From Spirochaetia bacterium (GTDB taxonomy: Bacteria > Spirochaetota > Spirochaetia > CADAEX01), in the NCBI GenBank assembly GCA_045606105.1, contig JAZURI010000003.1, positions 96,001-160,000 on the forward strand: a stretch of DNA of 64,000 bases. The letters are read 5' to 3'. Below are positions 29,653 through 39,497 of this stretch, piece after piece. Made by a program: the position numbers and the translations under genes. The notes beneath the pieces were generated by a model, which saw only the letters and a program-made list of their open reading frames with translations, was not told the origin of the DNA and searched no databases. Every line of letters begins with the position of its first letter. Positions within the stretch are counted from its first letter, which is position 1.

Positions 29653-30348
29653 ATGAAATTATCCTTGCTTAAAAACTACTTTACCAAGTTTGAAATCGCC
29701 CTGTGGGTCTCTTCCGTCTCTCTCATTGTCATCTCCTTTCTGCTGTGCCGGAGCGGGGAATACATCAATCTCATTTCATCTCTGGTAGGTGTTTCCTCTC
29801 TCATGCTGTGTGCCAAGGGAAATCCTCTGGGGATGCTCATGATGATTTTTTTCAGCATTCTCTACGGTATCATTTCCTATTCCTTTGCCTATTACGGCGA
29901 GGTGATTACCTATCTGGGAATGTCTGCTCCCATGTCTGTCATTGCATACATTTCCTGGATCCGCAATTCTTATCGGGGACAGAGGTCGGAGGTTGCTGTC
30001 CGTAAGCTCAGGAAAAGGGATATCCTGATTATTGCCCTGGCTGCAGTTGTCATAACTGTTCTTTTCTATCATCTGCTGAAGCATTTCAACAATGCCAATC
30101 TGATTCCCAGCACCTTTTCGGTTACCACCAGCTTCATTGCCGCCTGTCTTACCTTTTTCCGGAGTCCCTGGTTCGCTATGGCCTATGCCCTTAACGACTG
30201 TGTCCTGATTCTTCTGTGGGTAATGGCTGCCTTTGTTGATATTTCATATCTTTCGGTTATCGTCTGCTTTGTTGTTTTCCTGGTAAACGACACCTATTCC
30301 TTCATCAACTGGCGCCGTATGGAAAAGAGACAGCAGAATCAGCTCTGA
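29653..30348 (+). CDS. pnuC: PnuC-family nicotinamide riboside/vitamin transporter
   Basis: AKGNPLG, YYGEVITYL, NDxVLIxLW, C-terminal FINW. Confidence 0.85.
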   Translation: MKLSLLKNYFTKFEIALWVSSVSLIVISFLLCRSGEYINLISSLVGVSSLMLCAKGNPLGMLMMIFFSILYGIISYSFAYYGEVITYLGMSAPMSVIAYISWIRNSYRGQRSEVAVRKLRKRDILIIALAAVVITVLFYHLLKHFNNANLIPSTFSVTTSFIAACLTFFRSPWFAMAYALNDCVLILLWVMAAFVDISYLSVIVCFVVFLVNDTYSFINWRRMEKRQQNQL

Positions 30349-30932
30349 AAGAACATATTCTTTATAAAGATTTCCAGTCCTATTATTATAAGTATGATTC
30401 CACCTACGATTCCTGCCTTGCCGGTAAGTCCGGTTGCTGCTTTCCTGCCGATTGAAATTCCCCAACGGCATATTATGTAGGTTACGGCTCCAATGATTGT
30501 ACAGGCAGACAAGGCCTTGATGAAATTGTAATCAGAAATGGTAAAACCCACCGAAAGGGCATCTATGGAGGTGGCAAATCCCTGAACCAGAAGCATCCTG
30601 ATTCCAAAGGGCGGTGCAGCTTCATTCTCCTCATTCTTCCTGAATGTATCAAGTATCATCTTTGTGCCGATATATCCCAGAAGCAGAAGGGCAATCCAGG
30701 GGATGGCTCCGGCAAAAAGCTTGAATCTGCAGGCGGCGGTGCAGACACAGATCCATCCGATAAGGGGCATTGCAGTCTGGAACAATGCAAAGGTTCCTGC
30801 CGTTACAGCCATTCTTTTCCTTGGCATGTCCGGTTCCCTGAGCCCGTTTGCTACAGAAACGGAAAAGGCATCCATGGCCAGTCCCACACCGAGAAAGATA
30901 CTGTTGAAGAAAAATTGGATTCCGAAGGACAT
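30339..30932 (-). CDS. mntP: Manganese efflux pump MntP
   Basis: GLAMDAFSVS and ATSIDALSVG. Confidence 0.9.
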   Translation of the reverse strand: MSFGIQFFFNSIFLGVGLAMDAFSVSVANGLREPDMPRKRMAVTAGTFALFQTAMPLIGWICVCTAACRFKLFAGAIPWIALLLLGYIGTKMILDTFRKNEENEAAPPFGIRMLLVQGFATSIDALSVGFTISDYNFIKALSACTIIGAVTYIICRWGISIGRKAATGLTGKAGIVGGIILIIIGLEIFIKNMFFQS

Positions 30933-31058
30933 CTTATGCTCCGGTCTGGATTATTTCACACACTGATTTATAAGTCAACATCACCCTTTATTTATAAAAA
31001 ATGATAATTTTGTTTACAAATGGAGAATTTGACCTTAAATTAAAATAAAGGGGTAAGT

Positions 31059-31871
31059 ATGAAAAAGTTTTATGTTGTCTGCTTCATTGTTCTTGTTTTT
31101 CTTCTTGCCGGCTGTGCGGGAAGCCGTGAGGTCAAGGACATGAGCTTTACAGCCTCCGTAGGGGGCGAATCGGTGGATGGAACCTATTCCGGCACCGTAA
31201 AAAAGAATATTCCTAAAGGAAACGGAATCTTTGTGGCCAGAAACAGCCATGGGGACAAATTTACCTATGAGGGGGAATGGAAAAACGGCCTTTTTGACGG
31301 AGAGGGCAAGCTCTTTTCCGATGATCCGGGCTACAATATCCAGGAAGGAAACTTCAGCAAAGGGGAGTTCAATCCTACTCCGTACCAGTTTTTCAAGGCA
31401 TTGGGAACCAGAAAGGGAAATCAGTACGAAATAACACCTGCTGCAGAAAAATATCTTGAAAAGTATCCTGATGTTTTTCTCGAAAACTCAGCCCGTTCTT
31501 CAGATATCAGTGAAAAATTCAACTATAAGGCCTTCAGGTCAAATCCTAAGAAATTCGGTGATTCCCTTATCCGTGTCAGCTCCGTAAGGGTCAATCAGCT
31601 TGTTTCCGTTCCGCTGTGGGGAAAGGATCATACCTTCTGTATTGCAAGCGACATGGACGGTGAAAACAAATTTTTCATAAGTATGTTCGGAAAGACAGAG
31701 CCGCTGTCAGAAGGGGCCGTTATTTCTTTTACAGCACTTCCTATGGCATTTTTCACCTATGAAAGCACCACCGGAAAGAAGGTTGAGGCAGTTGCCTGTG
31801 CCGGTGTTTCAATAGAGCCTGAAAATATTGCGGTACAGAATCTTCTCTGGGATTTCTATGCCGAATTTTAG
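31059..31871 (+). CDS. Hypothetical lipoprotein with MORN-like repeats
   Basis: LAGC lipobox; YEGEWKNGLFDGEG. Confidence 0.7.
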   Translation: MKKFYVVCFIVLVFLLAGCAGSREVKDMSFTASVGGESVDGTYSGTVKKNIPKGNGIFVARNSHGDKFTYEGEWKNGLFDGEGKLFSDDPGYNIQEGNFSKGEFNPTPYQFFKALGTRKGNQYEITPAAEKYLEKYPDVFLENSARSSDISEKFNYKAFRSNPKKFGDSLIRVSSVRVNQLVSVPLWGKDHTFCIASDMDGENKFFISMFGKTEPLSEGAVISFTALPMAFFTYESTTGKKVEAVACAGVSIEPENIAVQNLLWDFYAEF

Positions 31872-32794
31872 GCAAAACCGAAGGCAAATGAAATAATCAG
31901 CGGTATCGTAATTATGGAGAGCAGTGTGGTAAATGACATTATCAACACTGCCAGCTCCGAATTTTTCCTGAAAAGGGATGCAAACATCACCGTGTTGGCT
32001 GCAGCCGGTGCAGATGCCGAGATTACCAGCGATATCAGCATTGTTTCCCTCAGGCCCAGGAAACACAGGATAAACAGCGACAGAATCGGTGATAATACAA
32101 GCCTGAGGATCACAACAAGCATAACCTGTCTGCTTCCGAAAACCGCAAGGGAATTGATTCTTGAAAGATAGAAGCCGATGATTACCATAGGGAGCGGTGT
32201 GTTCATGGCAGCCAGTCCCTTTATCGGTATATGAAGTATCTGCGGCAGGGAAAAAGGGGTAAGGAAGAAAAACATTCCGACCAGAATTCCCAGGATTCCC
32301 GGATTGAGGGCCAGTCTCTTCAGCTTTATATCCCCCAGATTTCCTCCCATGATTATAAGTCCGTAGGTCCAGGTAAAAAGGGTAAAGACCCCGATAAAGA
32401 TGGCACAGTAGAAGACACCATCGCTGCCCAGTATCATATTCTGGATAGGAAGTGACATATATCCGCAGTTTGAAAAAACGGAGGCATATCTCATTACCGA
32501 TCTGGCTGATGTATCCTTCTCCCTGATAAAGATATGGGCAAGCGTGATGTTCAATAAATGAACAAGTGCGGCGGCACCGGCAGAAATAACCAGACCCTTC
32601 AGCATGGTGCTGTCAAAAGGGCGGTGGAAGGAATCTACTATTACACAGGGAGTTACTACATAAAGGACGAAACGGGAAAGCTCTCCTATGCTCTTTTCTG
32701 AAAAAAAGCCTCTTTTGGAACAAAGAAAACCTACTGCTATCAGGATAAAAAGGACAGCGGTCTGGAGAGATATGGTTGAAAAGGTTTCAAGCAT
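31868..32794 (-). CDS. AEC (auxin efflux carrier) family transporter
   Basis: FSNCGYMSLP, LALNP, APAAA. Confidence 0.88.
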   Translation of the reverse strand: MLETFSTISLQTAVLFILIAVGFLCSKRGFFSEKSIGELSRFVLYVVTPCVIVDSFHRPFDSTMLKGLVISAGAAALVHLLNITLAHIFIREKDTSARSVMRYASVFSNCGYMSLPIQNMILGSDGVFYCAIFIGVFTLFTWTYGLIIMGGNLGDIKLKRLALNPGILGILVGMFFFLTPFSLPQILHIPIKGLAAMNTPLPMVIIGFYLSRINSLAVFGSRQVMLVVILRLVLSPILSLFILCFLGLRETMLISLVISASAPAAANTVMFASLFRKNSELAVLIMSFTTLLSIITIPLIISFAFGFA

Positions 32795-32900
32795 TCTTTT
32801 ATTTTATTTTACTGTCGGTACATAGTCAAGGGAAAATAGTATTGACAAACAGTTATCAAAAAATATTAAATTTAACTGCCTGTTTGTGAGGGCAGGCCAT

Positions 32901-34220
32901 ATGCATCGAAAAATTTTTGCCATCGTCGGAAATCCTGTAGGGAAAAGCATTTATCCATTTATTTTCAGAAAACTTTTCGAACTTGACAAATCGGAAAATA
33001 TATATACACGCATAGCTGCATCCGATGCGGAGGAGGCTCTCTCCACTGCCAGGCTGATATCCCTGTCCGGGCTCAACATAGAGACTCCGTACCGTCATGA
33101 TGCCTTTGACCTGTCCGGCATTACCAGCAGGCATACCGAAAATGTCGGTGCCGTAAACGGAATCCTGTTCGACGGAAACGAAAAAACAGGATTCAATACC
33201 GAATATAAGGCAATAGAAGAGAGTCTGTCCGCCAACTGCAGAAATGGACGGAAAGGTAAGGTGGTCATTCTGGGTGACGGACCTGACGGAAGGGCAGCAG
33301 CCTGCGGCTTCGGTTCACAGGGATGGCAGGTTATAATCCTGGGTAAGGTTCTTGCCAATACAGTGGAAGCTGCCCTGAACCTTGGAGCTGAACCGGGAGA
33401 ATTCGGCAGCCTTAAGAAGCATCTCCGGGGAGCCGACCTGGTGATACTGGCCGGTCCTGAGTGTACGGTGGGGACAGAGGTTCTGGAACTGCTTTCCGGT
33501 TTCAGGGTACTTCTCCTTAACTGCGGCGAGGCCCTCATGAGCCGCTGCATGAATATGGAGCTGGATTTTATCCATCCAAAGGAGCTGGGGGTGCTGAGGA
33601 TTCTGGTTGCTTACCGGAAATTCTTCAACAGAGGTTATCCCGGCAGGTTTTCAGATTATGTTGAAGCCATGGAGTCTGCATATGTTCCGGGAAACATCAT
33701 ATCATTCCACGGCTTTGCCTCCACCGGCAAGAACAGGATCGGCAGGGCTGTTGCCGGAAAGCTGGGTATCCCTTTCATAAGGCTGGATGATGAGATAGAG
33801 AAGGAAACCGGCCGGGAAATAATTGATATCATCGAGGAGGAGGGGACAGAGGTTTTTGTCTCCTGTGAAAGAAAAATCCTTGAAAGAATCATTGAAAGGG
33901 GAGAACGTGTTGTTCTGTCCTGCGGAAGCGATACCCTTTTCTCTTCGGAAAACAGGGAACTGCTGAAGCGTTATTCCTGTCCTGTATGGCTGGTGGCAAA
34001 TTCGGAGCTTATACTCAAGAAAAGATTTTTTCTCTCATACAAGCCTGTGGAGGGGGAAAGCATGATAGATGCGGTAAACAGGCTTTATGAAACCAGACGG
34101 ATAAATTATGCCGGTTTGTCGGAGCTCATTGTCAGGAGCGATATTGCGGATACCGAAAAAACGGCAGAAAAAATTGTAAACGAGCTGTCGGCAATGACCG
34201 AAAAATATTCATCACGATAA
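32901..34220 (+). CDS. Shikimate dehydrogenase-shikimate kinase fusion with degenerate active-site motifs
   Basis: AroE-like GNPV, GAVN and GFNT; AroK-like GxxxxGK and DDEIEKETG. Confidence 0.75.
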   Translation: MHRKIFAIVGNPVGKSIYPFIFRKLFELDKSENIYTRIAASDAEEALSTARLISLSGLNIETPYRHDAFDLSGITSRHTENVGAVNGILFDGNEKTGFNTEYKAIEESLSANCRNGRKGKVVILGDGPDGRAAACGFGSQGWQVIILGKVLANTVEAALNLGAEPGEFGSLKKHLRGADLVILAGPECTVGTEVLELLSGFRVLLLNCGEALMSRCMNMELDFIHPKELGVLRILVAYRKFFNRGYPGRFSDYVEAMESAYVPGNIISFHGFASTGKNRIGRAVAGKLGIPFIRLDDEIEKETGREIIDIIEEEGTEVFVSCERKILERIIERGERVVLSCGSDTLFSSENRELLKRYSCPVWLVANSELILKKRFFLSYKPVEGESMIDAVNRLYETRRINYAGLSELIVRSDIADTEKTAEKIVNELSAMTEKYSSR

Positions 34221-34421
34221 TCTCTTACCGTCCAGCAGTCCGAAAAGCTGCCCTCTCCCGCAGTAACGGTTACAGTAGCCCTTTGTTCCCGATACAACGG
34301 AAATGATCAGAGGGACAAAGAAGCATACAAGGCCGGCCCATGCAAAAAGTATATTGAAGAATCCCAGAGTCAGGTAAATCAGCGATACAATCCACAGATA
34401 ATCATACCAATGCTTTTTCAT
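34212..34421 (-). pseudogene. Truncated membrane 4Fe-4S binding protein
   Basis: MKKHWYDYLW...YCNRYCGRG, then a stop at 69 aa inside the 3' end of the opposing gene. Confidence 0.65.
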
Positions 34422-34624
34422 ACTGCTGTCTCCTTCAGGGTAATGACACCGGCAGGACATTCCAGGGCACAACGGCCGCATCCTATACATTTTTCATGAT
34501 CTACCTGAGCCATGATCCCTCTGAAAACCTGAATTGCCCCCTTGGGACAGACTTTCATGCAGCATCCGCAGGCAACACACTCTTTCTGATTTACATAAGC
34601 TTTTCTTTTTTTTCTCTCTGCCAT
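34418..34624 (-). CDS. 2x[4Fe-4S] ferredoxin
   Basis: CVACGCC...CP and CIGCGRC...CP. Confidence 0.9.
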   Translation of the reverse strand: MAERKKRKAYVNQKECVACGCCMKVCPKGAIQVFRGIMAQVDHEKCIGCGRCALECPAGVITLKETAV

Positions 34625-34680
34625 ATAAGAACAATAACAGGTTTCCGATTTTTTTCAGTGATATTGTTACAAAGCTTCAA

Positions 34681-35304
34681 TCATTGAAAATGGATGAATA
34701 TAAGAACTGAAATAAAGTTGAAAAGGAAGTGAGCTACCGTATTTACTATAATACTGCCGTATTTCCTGAAAAAATATCCTAAAAGCAGTCCCATGATGAA
34801 AATCAGGATAACATTGAAGATACCCTGGTATATGTGTCCGGAGGCAAAGACCAGGGCGCTTGCTGTCATGGCGGGGACAGAGGATATAATCTTTTCAAAG
34901 GACCTGAACATATATGCCCTGAAGAAAAGCTCCTCTGCCAGGCCGGCAACTATGAACATGGGAATCAGCAGGAGTTCCGTATCTCCGGAAACTTTCATAA
35001 AGTCTCCTCCTGTATCGGGAAGAATAAACCGGCCGGCAATACCGGTCAGGTACAATGTTCCCAAGATTAAGGCAGTTCTTTGAATATCCCTGACCTCAAG
35101 AGCTCTGAAACCCATTTCCTTGAGAGTATATTTCTTTATTTTAAAAATAAATATGAAAAGAAGAAGCAGCTGTATCGATGCCACTGCAGTTGCTTTTACT
35201 GCGTATGAGGCATTGATTTCAAGAACCGAACCCGATTTCATGAACGGGTTATAAAGAATGAGAAAAATAATGAGGGGTTCTGCTGCCGGTAATATTTTTT
35301 TCAT
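34681..35304 (-). CDS. CPBP (Abi/CAAX) intramembrane metalloprotease
   Basis: EELFFR, FASGH, HFLFN. Confidence 0.88.
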   Translation of the reverse strand: MKKILPAAEPLIIFLILYNPFMKSGSVLEINASYAVKATAVASIQLLLLFIFIFKIKKYTLKEMGFRALEVRDIQRTALILGTLYLTGIAGRFILPDTGGDFMKVSGDTELLLIPMFIVAGLAEELFFRAYMFRSFEKIISSVPAMTASALVFASGHIYQGIFNVILIFIMGLLLGYFFRKYGSIIVNTVAHFLFNFISVLIFIHFQ

Positions 35305-36842
35305 TAAATATCGTATTTCTTATGGGACAACCTGAGCTTGTCGGCACCATCCAGCTTAGGAAGGACATTTTCACTTTTATCCTTGAACTTTTCCATTCTG
35401 CGGAGAATCTTATCAAGCATCTTGATGGCAGTGACGATATATTTTCCCTTATTGAGCATTACACAGGAGGCCCGCTGGGAAAGGGCTGCATCGGTTATTT
35501 CTGCCCTGGTTGGAACTCCGTCCTTGGCCAATGTCTCCAGAACCTGGGTTGCCCAGATCAGAGGAATATTGGCCGCTTCCGCAATCCTGATTATCTCCTC
35601 CTGGATGGTGGCATAGTTTTTCCAGCCTGTCTCAATGGCAAGATCTCCCCGTGCCAGCATGATTCCGGCCGGATATATCTTCATTGCGGAAAGGATGATG
35701 TCAGGAAGGTTTTCAAAAGCTTTTTCAGTCTCTATTTTTACAATTATTCCTGTACTCAGACCCATTTCCTTCAGGTCTGAAATCATTTTGTCCAGTTCCC
35801 CGGCACTGTTTACGAAAGAGAGGTTGATGGCATCTATGTTCCAGCTGTCGCTGTGTCTGATGATGGTTTTTATATCCTGTCTGTCCTTGGCTGTGAAACC
35901 TGACATTTCCATGGAGGTGTCGGGAAAGTTTATTCCCTTGTCCGGCTTGAGCTTGCTTCCTCCGGTCTTGGAGTTTGTTATCCTGATGGTTGCCCTGTCG
36001 CAGGAAACCTCTTCTGTTATCCCTTCTATCTTGCCGTCATCGAAAAAGACCCTTTCTCCCGGCTTCAGGAATCTGAAGATTCTTTTATGGGTACATGAAA
36101 TGGTTGCCGGCTGAAATCCTTCGGCTGTTTCTGCTGCATTTCTTCCCGGTTCACTGTTTTTGGAAAGAACAAGAATATCTCCTGTCTTAAGGAGGATGAA
36201 TTCTCCTTCCACTGAGCCTGTCCTGATTTTAGGGCCTGCGATATCCATGATGACAGAGCATTCACGGCCTGTTTTCTCAGAGGCTTTTCTGATGTTTTTT
36301 ATAATCCTGTCCCAGATACGGCTGTTGTCATGGGCACAGTTTATTCTGGCACAGTTCATTCCTGCATCCAGCATCTCTTCTATTAAGGTGTTGTCTTCGG
36401 CTGCAGCTGCAGGCATTGTAACCATGATCCTGGTTTTTCTCTTTTCCGGTTTTTTCCTGAAAAGATCCCTTGTCCTTTCTTCTATAAGCTTTGCGCTTTT
36501 CCGCGGTGAAAGGAGACTTCCGTCGGGATGGACTGTTTCACGGCCTGTTATTGTATCGGCAATTTCCTTTACCGAAAGCAGGGTATGCATTACATGGGAA
36601 TTGACATTGGAAAGGTCTGAAAAACCGAGCTTCAGCATCTTTCTCTGGAGCTTGTCGATATCAAAGCTTCTGAATGCCAGATAATCGAGAAGGTTAAGGG
36701 CGCTGACCCTGAATTTCGGATTTACGGCCTTTACCTCTTTCCTGTATTTTCTTTCGGTCTTGTAAGCCTTTGTTATTACTTCGTTGAGCTTGTCTGCTAT
36801 AAAAAGGACCTTCTGTTCCAGAGGTTTTCTTTCGGTACTCAT
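35304..36842 (-). CDS. pyk: Pyruvate kinase (N-terminally extended form)
   Basis: ARINCAH, GPKIRTG, KIET, ARGDL, WATQVLE, PTRAE. Confidence 0.9.
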   Translation of the reverse strand: MSTERKPLEQKVLFIADKLNEVITKAYKTERKYRKEVKAVNPKFRVSALNLLDYLAFRSFDIDKLQRKMLKLGFSDLSNVNSHVMHTLLSVKEIADTITGRETVHPDGSLLSPRKSAKLIEERTRDLFRKKPEKRKTRIMVTMPAAAAEDNTLIEEMLDAGMNCARINCAHDNSRIWDRIIKNIRKASEKTGRECSVIMDIAGPKIRTGSVEGEFILLKTGDILVLSKNSEPGRNAAETAEGFQPATISCTHKRIFRFLKPGERVFFDDGKIEGITEEVSCDRATIRITNSKTGGSKLKPDKGINFPDTSMEMSGFTAKDRQDIKTIIRHSDSWNIDAINLSFVNSAGELDKMISDLKEMGLSTGIIVKIETEKAFENLPDIILSAMKIYPAGIMLARGDLAIETGWKNYATIQEEIIRIAEAANIPLIWATQVLETLAKDGVPTRAEITDAALSQRASCVMLNKGKYIVTAIKMLDKILRRMEKFKDKSENVLPKLDGADKLRLSHKKYDI

Positions 36843-36846
36843 GTCT

Positions 36847-38079
36847 TTATGTGAATTTCCTTATGTTTATCTCTTTTCTGAGAGATGCCTGATGGGTAAT
36901 CACTGCATTTATGAAGCCCATTACAATAATATCAATCATCACGCTGAAGCTGATGAGCAGGAACATTACAGGCTGTATAGCAAGCCATCCGTTTTCGATT
37001 CCGTGACCGTAGGCGGAACAGAGCATGGTTACGGATACTGCGGTTCCGACTCCAGGAACAGCACCGAGGATGAAGGAAATAAGGAATGTGTTCAGCATGA
37101 GAAAAAAGAAGCTCTCATAGGTGATTTCAATTCCTGTATAGGATCTGATGATGATAATGATGGCAGCACCTGAAACCATGGCTGTACCGCTTCTGCTGAA
37201 TACAGTCAGGAACCCGATGATAGGGGCACTGGCCTTTCTTTTTGCACCTATGTTTTCAAAGGAGCTTTTTACCAGTGTGTTGGCAGCAAAGTAGATATCG
37301 CCGGAAAAGAATGCAGCCATTGCAGGGGCAAGCATGGCGTAGACAGCCTTGAACGGATTTTCAGTTCTTCTGCAGCAGATGAGAAGCCCCAGCGGAATCA
37401 GTATGAAAATCACCACTGCCGAAGCAGCCGCCACAGTTATGAAAAGATAACTGTAAAGTCCCATCTGGGAGTTGTTCATGACATAGGCGGTCATGGATGC
37501 CGAAAGGAAAACTATACCCAGAGGCATGAACTCTATGATGAGGCTGTTTATATCGTACATTATCCTGGACATGGAATCAAAGATCTGGCTTATAGGTCTG
37601 GTATAGAGGTTTGCATAATTCATGCTGAGACCCATGAGTACGGCCAGAACCAGCACCGGCAGCAGATAGTTGCCCGATGAAGTGAATATCTCAAAGAAAT
37701 TATCGGGAAATATCATGGCTATATGGGATGCCAGCGAAGGGAGCACATATCTTGTATCGGTTTCTGCAATAAGGGGGATTCTTCCCTGGAAAACAAGAAG
37801 TGCGGCAGCTCCGCCCAGAAGAGTCAGGATCAGCGATGAGGCAACGGTGAAGGATACAGTCTTGATAAAGATTCCCAGAAGCCGTTTTTCAGTCATCAGC
37901 TTTGAAACCGAAAAGGCTACGGAAAAGAGAATCATCGGGAAAAATGTATATTTTCCTATGCACAGGATTATCCTGTGTCCGGTATCAAAAACAACCGGAT
38001 CGGAGAAGAAATCCTTCATGGTTATCCCCAGGACAGCTCCCACTACAGCTCCCAGAAGATATTTTATCCATATTTTCAT
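36847..38079 (-). CDS. Dicarboxylate/amino acid:cation symporter family protein
   Basis: Multi-TM protein with IFPDNFF and SRSGTAMV, divergent spirochaete type. Confidence 0.75.
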   Translation of the reverse strand: MKIWIKYLLGAVVGAVLGITMKDFFSDPVVFDTGHRIILCIGKYTFFPMILFSVAFSVSKLMTEKRLLGIFIKTVSFTVASSLILTLLGGAAALLVFQGRIPLIAETDTRYVLPSLASHIAMIFPDNFFEIFTSSGNYLLPVLVLAVLMGLSMNYANLYTRPISQIFDSMSRIMYDINSLIIEFMPLGIVFLSASMTAYVMNNSQMGLYSYLFITVAAASAVVIFILIPLGLLICCRRTENPFKAVYAMLAPAMAAFFSGDIYFAANTLVKSSFENIGAKRKASAPIIGFLTVFSRSGTAMVSGAAIIIIIRSYTGIEITYESFFFLMLNTFLISFILGAVPGVGTAVSVTMLCSAYGHGIENGWLAIQPVMFLLISFSVMIDIIVMGFINAVITHQASLRKEINIRKFT

Positions 38080-38194
38080 ATAAAAAATGATAACTTATAT
38101 TAATTGCATAGTCAATAATAAGGTTTTTTCGAGTCTTGAAACTTTCGTGTAATTTTGTTTTAATAAAAAAAATTTTCCACTTCAGGAGATTAAA

Positions 38195-39490
38195 ATGATT
38201 GTATGCAAGTTTGGCGGAAGCTCTGTAGCAGATGCCGTACAGATTTCCAAGACACAGAATATCGTGAAGGGCAATCCTGACAGAAAGATTGTTGTTGTAT
38301 CGGCTCCCGGCAAAAGGGATAAGGAAGATGACAAGATTACGGATCTGCTTTATAAATGTCACAATCTTGCAAGCAATGACAAGCCTATAGATTCCGCATG
38401 GGAAAAGATCAGGAACCGCTATCTCCAGATTGCGGCAGTTCTCGATATCACATGGGATCTGAAGGAGGAGCTTGATTATATTGAAAACAAGCTTGCCGGA
38501 AAATGCAGCTCAGACTATGCAGCAAGCCGCGGGGAATATCTTAATGCCAAGCTTATCTCACTTTATTTCGGATTTGAGTTCCTGGACAGTGCAGAGGTGA
38601 TAAGACTGGGGGACAGAGGTGAGATTCTTCCTGAGACCTACGACCTTATAAGGGAGGCTGTGGATCCTGACAAATATTATGTGGTACCTGGCTTCTACGG
38701 ACTGGGACCTGACGGAGAGATAAAGACCTTCTCCAGAGGCGGCTCCGACATTACCGGAAGTATCTATTCAAAGGCCCTTGAAGCGGATATATATGAAAAC
38801 TGGACCGATGTTTCGGGTATCTATACCACAGACCCTAGAGTTGCAGAGGCCGCAAGACCTATCGACGACATTACATACAGGGAAATGAGGGAGATGGCAT
38901 ATCTCGGAGCAAACGTGTTCCATGAAGAGGCCATTGCACCGGCCCGCCAGGCAGACATTTCCATCAATATCAAGAATACAAACGCACCCGGGGACAGAGG
39001 AACCTTCATCAATTCCGTCAGGGATGCATCAAAGCAGGCGGTAGCAGGAATTGCCGGCAAGAGACATTTCCGCCGTATTACTGTTGAAAAATATAAGCTT
39101 GAGGACATGCACGAGCTTCATTTTGAGCTCAAGAAGGCACTTGGTGCTCTCGGTCTTATCATTGCATTCGAGCTTAAGGGAATTGATACCCTCAATTTCT
39201 ATGTTCAGGATGAAAAGATGATTGACTGGGATTCCTTCGGTGAAAAGCTCAAGGCTGATCTCGATGTGGAGAAGGTGGTATATTCCGAGGACCTGGCTGT
39301 AATCGGAATAATCGGCGAAGGACTTGCCGTTTCATTCTCACATGTGCTTGAGATTCTCAATGCTGTCGGAAAAGAGGGCATCAACATAGAAAACATCAAC
39401 TGCGGTGGTTCACCTATTTCTGCCGTTCTTGTTATCCGTGACGAGGACTATGTAAAGGCAATGAATGTCATTGCTTCCGTTATTGCCTGA
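38195..39490 (+). CDS. lysC: Aspartate kinase
   Basis: KFGGSSV, VVSAPG, FSRGGSDITG, WTDVSG, ACT domains. Confidence 0.93.
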   Translation: MIVCKFGGSSVADAVQISKTQNIVKGNPDRKIVVVSAPGKRDKEDDKITDLLYKCHNLASNDKPIDSAWEKIRNRYLQIAAVLDITWDLKEELDYIENKLAGKCSSDYAASRGEYLNAKLISLYFGFEFLDSAEVIRLGDRGEILPETYDLIREAVDPDKYYVVPGFYGLGPDGEIKTFSRGGSDITGSIYSKALEADIYENWTDVSGIYTTDPRVAEAARPIDDITYREMREMAYLGANVFHEEAIAPARQADISINIKNTNAPGDRGTFINSVRDASKQAVAGIAGKRHFRRITVEKYKLEDMHELHFELKKALGALGLIIAFELKGIDTLNFYVQDEKMIDWDSFGEKLKADLDVEKVVYSEDLAVIGIIGEGLAVSFSHVLEILNAVGKEGINIENINCGGSPISAVLVIRDEDYVKAMNVIASVIA

Positions 39491-39497
39491 ACCTGAT

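Noticed and set aside
38083-38194. Lysine riboswitch upstream of aspartate kinase
   Set aside because: Intergenic region is too short and AT-rich and holds only promoter-like signals.
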